Shown here piece after piece: positions 58,731 to 64,000 of a stretch of DNA of 64,000 nucleotides (the stretch's first letter is position 1; the number at the start of each line of letters is the position of its first letter). The DNA comes from Kiritimatiellia bacterium. Lineage in GTDB: Bacteria; Verrucomicrobiota; Kiritimatiellia; RFP12; UBA1067. Below the pieces are notes generated by a model, which saw nothing but the letters and a program-made list of their open reading frames with translations, had not been told where the DNA came from and did not search any database. Location: the NCBI GenBank assembly GCA_050949565.1, contig JBMNFY010000002.1, forward strand, positions 33,367-97,366, read 5' to 3'. Made by a program: the position numbers and the translations under genes.

Positions 58731-61700
58731 TTAAGACTCCCAGTCCGCGCATACGAGTTCGGCTTGGGCTAGGACGGTCTTGACGGCCTCCTCCTGAAGG
58801 TCTGGCGGGTAGCCGTATTCCCTGAGGATGCGCCTGACCATGACCCGGATCTTGGCCCGTGCGCTCTCTCTGAGGTTCCAGTCGATGGTCACGCTCTTGC
58901 GTACGGTTGACAGGAGTTTCACGGCGATGACCTTGAGCTTGTCGTCGCCCATGACTTTGACGGCGGCATCGTTGGTGGCAAGCGCGTCGTAGAAGGCCAC
59001 CTCGTCGTCGTTGAGCCCCAGGTCCTGCCCGCGCTTCGACGCGGCGTCCAGATCCTTGGCCATGCGGATCAGCTCGTCGATGAACTCCAGCGTGGAAATC
59101 GCCCGGTTGTGGTAGGCGTTCAAAGCCTTCTTGAGCCGCTCGCTGAAAAGCTCGGCCTGCACGAGGTTGCGTCTAGACCTGATTCGGAGTTCGTCGCGCA
59201 ACAGCTTCTCCAGCAGTTCGGCGGCCACGTTCTTGTGCTTGAGCCCCCGGACTTCGGCCAGAAACTGGTCGGACAGGATCGAGATGTCGGGCTTGGCGAT
59301 GCCAGCGGCGGTGAAGACGTCGATCACCTGGCCCTCGGTGACGATGGCTTTGGACACGAGCTGTCGCACGGCGGCGTCGAGTTGCTCCGGTGTCTTGCGG
59401 CTGCCTAAGGACTGCTTGTTCAGCGCCGCCTGCAGGGTCTGGAAGAAGGAGACGTCGTCGCGGATCACGCGGGCCTCGTCGGATGCTGCGCACAGGGCGA
59501 AGGCGCGTGACAGCTCCGTCACGGCCTTGACGAAGCGCTGCTTGCCGTCAGCCTGCGCCAGAATGTGCTCTTGGCCCGCCGGGATGAGCTGCAACCTTTC
59601 CGTGGCCGTGCCCGTGGTCCACTTTGCCCACTTAAACCCATGCAGCATACTGCACGCGACCTCGTGTTTTTCCAGCATCACGGCAATGGCCTGGGCGGTG
59701 TCGTAGGTGGGGTCGCCCATGCCGCCGCTCTCGGTGTAGACGGCCAAGGCCTTTCTCAACTGGTCGGCCAGCCCCAGATAATCGACCACGAGTCCGCCGG
59801 GCTTGTCCTTGAACACGCGGTTGACGCGGGCGATGGCCTGCATGAGGCCGTGCCCCTGCATGGGCTTGTCCAGATACATGGTGTGCAGGCAGGGCGCGTC
59901 AAAACCGGTCAGCCACATGTCCCTGACGATCACGATGCGGAAACTATCCTTGCTGTCCTTGAACCGCACCGCAAGCTTGCGCCGCTTGAGCTTGTTGCGG
60001 ATATGCGGCTGCCACCCGGGGCCGTCGTCGGCTGATCCGGTCATGACAACCTTGACCACGCAGTCTTGGCCCCTTTCGGCATCGGCATCATCGTCTTCGG
60101 CGCCGGCCCAGTCCGGACGCAGGCGGATGATGGCGTCGTACAACTCCACGCAGATCCTGCGGCTCATGCAGACCACCATGGCCTTGCCGTCCATGGCCTC
60201 CCAGCGCCGCTCGAAGTGGGTGACAATGTCCTGCGCCACGAGGGCGATGCGCTTGGGATCGCCCACGAGCGTTTCCAGCGCCGCCCACTTGGTCTTGAGC
60301 TTCTCCTTGCGCGTCAGCTCCTCGCCCTCGGTGATCTCCTCAAACTCTTCATCCAGTTTCGGCACGGCGGCGGCGTTGAGGGCGAGCTTGGCGATACGGC
60401 TCTCGTAGTAGATGGGCACCGTGGCCTTGTCAGCCACGGCACGCTGGATGTCGTAGACGCTGATGTAGTCGCCGAACACGGCGCGGGTGTTGGCGTCGGC
60501 CTTCTCGATAGGCGTGCCGGTGAAGCCGATAAAAGTCGCGAAGGGCAATGTGTCCCTCATATGGCGTGCCAAGCCGTCAATGAGGTCGTATTGACTGCGA
60601 TGGGCTTCGTCCGCAATCACGACGATGTTACGCCGGTCGCTGAGCGCGGGCATGCGCTCGCCCTTCTCCGGCAGGAACTTCTGGATCGTCGTAAAGATAA
60701 CGCCGCCGCTGGATCGATTGAGCAGCTCGCTTAAGTGCGCCCGGCTCTCCGCTTGGACAGGCGTCTGGTTCAGGATCTCGTGGCAGCGCTGGAATTGGCC
60801 GAAGAGCTGGTCGTCGAGATCGTTGCGGTCAGTCAGCACGATCAGGGTCGGGTTCTGCATCTCCCGGTTCCGGATGATGCGGCCCGCGTAAAAGAGCATC
60901 GACAGGCTCTTGCCGGAACCCTGCGTATGCCAGACCACGCCGGCCCTGCGGTCGCCGGCGGCACCGTCGTTCATACGCCCTGTCCAGTAGCGCCCCTCAG
61001 TGTCCTTCGGGTCATGGGCTTCGCCCCAGACGCCCATGCCCGAGGCCCAGAGCGTCTCTTCAACGGCGGCGTTGACGGCGTGGAACTGGTGGTAGCCGGC
61101 GATGATCTTATTGACCGCGCCCGTGTCCGGGTCTTCCTCAAAAACGGTAAAGTGCTGGATCAGGTCCAGGAAACGCCTGTGGTCAAACACCCCGCGTACG
61201 AGCACTTCGAGTTCCAGCGCGGTCTTGGGCGCGTCGCCCTCGCCGTCGATCGTGCGCCAGACCTTGAACCACTCCTGGGATGCGGTGAGCGAGCCGATCC
61301 TGGCGCTGACGCCGTCGCTGACCACGAGCGCGGCGTTGTAGCCGAGCAAGGACGGGATCTCGGCCTTGTAGGTCTGCACTTGCTGGTACGCGCTCCAGAT
61401 CGTGGCGTCGGCGTCGGCAGCGTTCTTGAGTTCGATCAGCCCCAGGGGGATGCCGTTGACGAAAACAGTGATGTCGGCGCGGCGGCTGCACGGGCCCTCG
61501 ACAACCGCGAACTGGTTCACGGCCAGCCAGTCATTCTCGCTTGGGGTCTCGAAATCAACGAGCCGGACGCGGTCACCGGCGATGGAGCCGTCAGGGCGCG
61601 GGTACTCGACCTCCACGCCGTTCCTGAGCATGCGGTGGAAGATGCGGTTGGTCTGGACGAGCGAGGGCGTGGCCACACGCAGAACCTTGCGGATGGCGTC

Positions 61701-61901
61701 CTCCTGGGCTTCGGCGGGGATATCAGGATTGAGGCGCGCCACGGCGTCGCGCAGCCGTCCCGTGAGCACCGTATCGCCGAACGAGTCGCGCTCAGCCGCA
61801 GACTCGTCAGGAGCGATGTGCGGGCCGAACGCGACCGCGTAGCCCAGTTCCTTGAACCAGACCAGCGCCGCGTCTTCGAGGATGGATTCGGTGAGGTTCA
61901 T
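58731..61901 (-). CDS. hsdR: Type I restriction endonuclease subunit R
   Basis: [59 protein letters not shown]; DUF3387-like C-terminus. Confidence 0.96.
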   Translation of the reverse strand: MNLTESILEDAALVWFKELGYAVAFGPHIAPDESAAERDSFGDTVLTGRLRDAVARLNPDIPAEAQEDAIRKVLRVATPSLVQTNRIFHRMLRNGVEVEYPRPDGSIAGDRVRLVDFETPSENDWLAVNQFAVVEGPCSRRADITVFVNGIPLGLIELKNAADADATIWSAYQQVQTYKAEIPSLLGYNAALVVSDGVSARIGSLTASQEWFKVWRTIDGEGDAPKTALELEVLVRGVFDHRRFLDLIQHFTVFEEDPDTGAVNKIIAGYHQFHAVNAAVEETLWASGMGVWGEAHDPKDTEGRYWTGRMNDGAAGDRRAGVVWHTQGSGKSLSMLFYAGRIIRNREMQNPTLIVLTDRNDLDDQLFGQFQRCHEILNQTPVQAESRAHLSELLNRSSGGVIFTTIQKFLPEKGERMPALSDRRNIVVIADEAHRSQYDLIDGLARHMRDTLPFATFIGFTGTPIEKADANTRAVFGDYISVYDIQRAVADKATVPIYYESRIAKLALNAAAVPKLDEEFEEITEGEELTRKEKLKTKWAALETLVGDPKRIALVAQDIVTHFERRWEAMDGKAMVVCMSRRICVELYDAIIRLRPDWAGAEDDDADAERGQDCVVKVVMTGSADDGPGWQPHIRNKLKRRKLAVRFKDSKDSFRIVIVRDMWLTGFDAPCLHTMYLDKPMQGHGLMQAIARVNRVFKDKPGGLVVDYLGLADQLRKALAVYTESGGMGDPTYDTAQAIAVMLEKHEVACSMLHGFKWAKWTTGTATERLQLIPAGQEHILAQADGKQRFVKAVTELSRAFALCAASDEARVIRDDVSFFQTLQAALNKQSLGSRKTPEQLDAAVRQLVSKAIVTEGQVIDVFTAAGIAKPDISILSDQFLAEVRGLKHKNVAAELLEKLLRDELRIRSRRNLVQAELFSERLKKALNAYHNRAISTLEFIDELIRMAKDLDAASKRGQDLGLNDDEVAFYDALATNDAAVKVMGDDKLKVIAVKLLSTVRKSVTIDWNLRESARAKIRVMVRRILREYGYPPDLQEEAVKTVLAQAELVCADWES

Positions 61902-61906
61902 GATTA

Positions 61907-63652
61907 TTAGAAATAAGAGACTTGGGAAAGATGTTTGTCGAACTTGTTTTTGGCTGTTTTCACTTGGTCCAGCGACCCTCCAAAAAAACCTGCTTTCAAA
62001 GGGGGCCAGTTGGCACCTGTCGTCTCAATTTCATTTTCAATTTGTTCTGCAATGTTAACGCCAAAATGACGACCGCGCCATATAAAGCGCCCAAGTGGTC
62101 CCCACCAACCGTCTTTCCATTCCCGACGTTTCAAATCCGCATGCACGAGTCCAAGGAGATATTCGAAGCGATCAAAGCAATTTCCAAACTCTTCTTGATC
62201 GGGGAGATAATCACGAAACAAGTCTTGCAGTTCCTTCGCTAAATGGTCGCTCACGGGTGTTCGTTGCTCATAACCGGGCAAAAAGCGATCTTTGTTTTCG
62301 ATGACTGCAAAAGCATAAATCTCGGAACATATGGCAACTTTCTTGCTGTTTTCGTCCTTCACCTTGGTGTCCAGTAGTAACGAAGCAAGTGTCTGATAGT
62401 TGCCGGCCGCAACAGAGGCGATCCCCGCACCGTAGAGCAAGAGAAGCGCTGGATAGCGACGGAACTTGAGCAAATAAACATAGCCACTCCTAGAACCGAC
62501 ATCAGCGATCCTTTGAAGCGCACTCGTCCAGTAGCGTGTATGCTCACTTGATCCCCAATAACAACCGGTGATAAGTATGTGAAGCAGAGTGTCACACAGG
62601 CTGCGGTACTTGACTGCACGTTTCTGGAGTTCCTCTTTCGGCTCCAGTTGCTCGTCCCCACCGAACATCGGAGAATTGATTTCTCTAAATAGCTTCTCAG
62701 TTTCTTCGTGGACAAGATCATGGAGACGAATCTTAGAAGACGGATCAACGATGTAACGCTTCACGCTGGCCGCTGCCATTTTGGCAGAAAGTGGATGCGG
62801 GTTGTTCATGTCCTCAAGCGATTGCACTTTATCCACTAACGATTCAAACAGGTGGTTCGCGTCCTGAACTCGTAGAACTACTGCTTGCCGGGAATCGACC
62901 AGCGATTGCGCTTTCTCTTTCAGCTCAGATACCGTAGACCAGTACATGGTAAACCGACGTACCGGACAGCGCTCAATCGCTTTGCGAAGAGCAGTGTCCC
63001 ATTCGCCAGACCAGCCGCAGACCAATAGACCGTACTCGTCCAGAACTCGGTCAAGCAGAAGATTCATTTCTGGATCATATACGAGAAGCTCCTCGCCGGT
63101 GTTTTTGATGCGTGTGTCGAGATAGTCACCGTGAAGTTTAATGACCGTTACGCCTGAGTGTACGAGTGGCAGCGCGCCCTTTAATTGGTCTGTAGTGCTA
63201 ATGACAGTCGGTGATATGTCCGCGTCATGGAGCGCCTTTTCGATTAAGCGGTCAAAATTAGTGGTTAGGATGACACGGATATAGCCAGAGGCCGCCAGTT
63301 TTGCAATAGCGACGTGAGCCTTGGTTGGTGACTTCAAGTTTTGGTCTCGTTCGTCCTCTGTCGGCTCAAAGTAACTACGTAGAAGTTGTTGACGCTCTGT
63401 CGGCGTCGTGGCAAGTCCGTCAAGCAGTGCGCTGTAGTCTGGGCTCGCCCCGTGTTGTTTGTTGTACCAGTCTGCAGGATCAGGTTCACAATCCGCTCCC
63501 TCCAGTTTTGATACCTTGCGAATGAGATCGAGGGTAATCTCCCAACCAGTCGGAATGCCAGCAGCACGAGAAATGCCCGAGCCGAGTAGAAGGGCGTATG
63601 CTCCCTTATTCGAGTAGACAGAAAAAGCTAATGACACCATCGGATCAATCAT
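61907..63652 (-). CDS. SIR2-family (SIR2_2) NAD-binding defence protein
   Basis: [41 protein letters not shown]; lower GC; located between hsdS and hsdR. Confidence 0.88.
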   Translation of the reverse strand: MIDPMVSLAFSVYSNKGAYALLLGSGISRAAGIPTGWEITLDLIRKVSKLEGADCEPDPADWYNKQHGASPDYSALLDGLATTPTERQQLLRSYFEPTEDERDQNLKSPTKAHVAIAKLAASGYIRVILTTNFDRLIEKALHDADISPTVISTTDQLKGALPLVHSGVTVIKLHGDYLDTRIKNTGEELLVYDPEMNLLLDRVLDEYGLLVCGWSGEWDTALRKAIERCPVRRFTMYWSTVSELKEKAQSLVDSRQAVVLRVQDANHLFESLVDKVQSLEDMNNPHPLSAKMAAASVKRYIVDPSSKIRLHDLVHEETEKLFREINSPMFGGDEQLEPKEELQKRAVKYRSLCDTLLHILITGCYWGSSEHTRYWTSALQRIADVGSRSGYVYLLKFRRYPALLLLYGAGIASVAAGNYQTLASLLLDTKVKDENSKKVAICSEIYAFAVIENKDRFLPGYEQRTPVSDHLAKELQDLFRDYLPDQEEFGNCFDRFEYLLGLVHADLKRREWKDGWWGPLGRFIWRGRHFGVNIAEQIENEIETTGANWPPLKAGFFGGSLDQVKTAKNKFDKHLSQVSYF

Positions 63653-63691
63653 GCGTTAATCACTCCCCTTTTTGTTCATTTTGATAATTCG

Positions 63692-64000
63692 TTATGAGGC
63701 GGCACCCAACTCCCCGCTCAGCAGTTTCGGCAACAGCGTGTCGCGCAGGGTGGCGAGGGTGCGGGATTGCAAGCGACTAGCAATAATTGTTTCGATCAGT
63801 GGCTGCATTGTAATCGTCATTCTGTGCAATAGCCTGGGGAAAGGAATCAGTGTCAACGCATTGGTTAGATGCTTACGTTGGATATGACCCATTGTGGTGG
63901 CCTTGTCGGCGGCGATTAGTCGGAACTCATCAAGGTGGTGCAGTGTCCAGAGATAATAGAACCATTTCTGGAAAACGGTGGATGTTACTTTGAAAAGGTG
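63692..64000 (-). CDS. hsdS: Type I R-M specificity subunit, C-terminal part (5' end off the window)
   Basis: Open from 64000: HLFKVTS...KATTMGHIQRKHL...TLATLRDTLLPKLLSGEL conserved HsdS terminus. Confidence 0.9.
   Translation of the reverse strand, partial: HLFKVTSTVFQKWFYYLWTLHHLDEFRLIAADKATTMGHIQRKHLTNALTLIPFPRLLHRMTITMQPLIETIIASRLQSRTLATLRDTLLPKLLSGELGAAS

Noticed and set aside
741-61910. Many antisense ORFs (e.g. 741-1943, 7358-8698, 30952-32817, 32447-34390, 42545-44017, 60735-61910)
   Set aside because: They mirror well-supported genes on the opposite strand and have no motifs; expected in high-GC DNA.

Overview
A 64-kb GC-rich bacterial chromosomal window. The protein style suggests a PVC-superphylum organism such as Kiritimatiellae/Lentisphaerae (inference). 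It contains (i) housekeeping genes larC, ilvC, dxs, apgM, a hybrid histidine kinase and a LysE exporter; (ii) many large secreted proteins (CotH/lamin-tail, phytase-like propeller, glycoside-hydrolase-like, M14 peptidase fusion, DUF4159, DUF1570, TRL-like lipoproteins); (iii) two defence loci: a 3-gene MTase-like/Eco57I-type MTase/GIY-YIG-helicase operon (25.3-30.0 kb) and a type I R-M locus carrying an inserted SIR2 gene, followed by a nuclease-STAND (Avs-like) gene and hicBA (53.5-64 kb); (iv) a very GC-rich giant surface protein ending in a lower-GC HExxH metallopeptidase, followed by a membrane-anchored partner, which looks like a polymorphic effector/immunity pair; (v) several families of intergenic palindromic REP/MITE-like repeats and 7-/9-mer tandem repeats, including a composite repeat that separates small cargo units at 51.7-54.0 kb. 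Three unrelated secreted proteins share a C-terminal domain that may be an export or sorting signal. Five genes are broken by 1-2 nt indels, most likely sequencing errors. No rRNA, tRNA, CRISPR array, integrase or transposase was seen. All calls come from reading motifs by eye; no database search was run.
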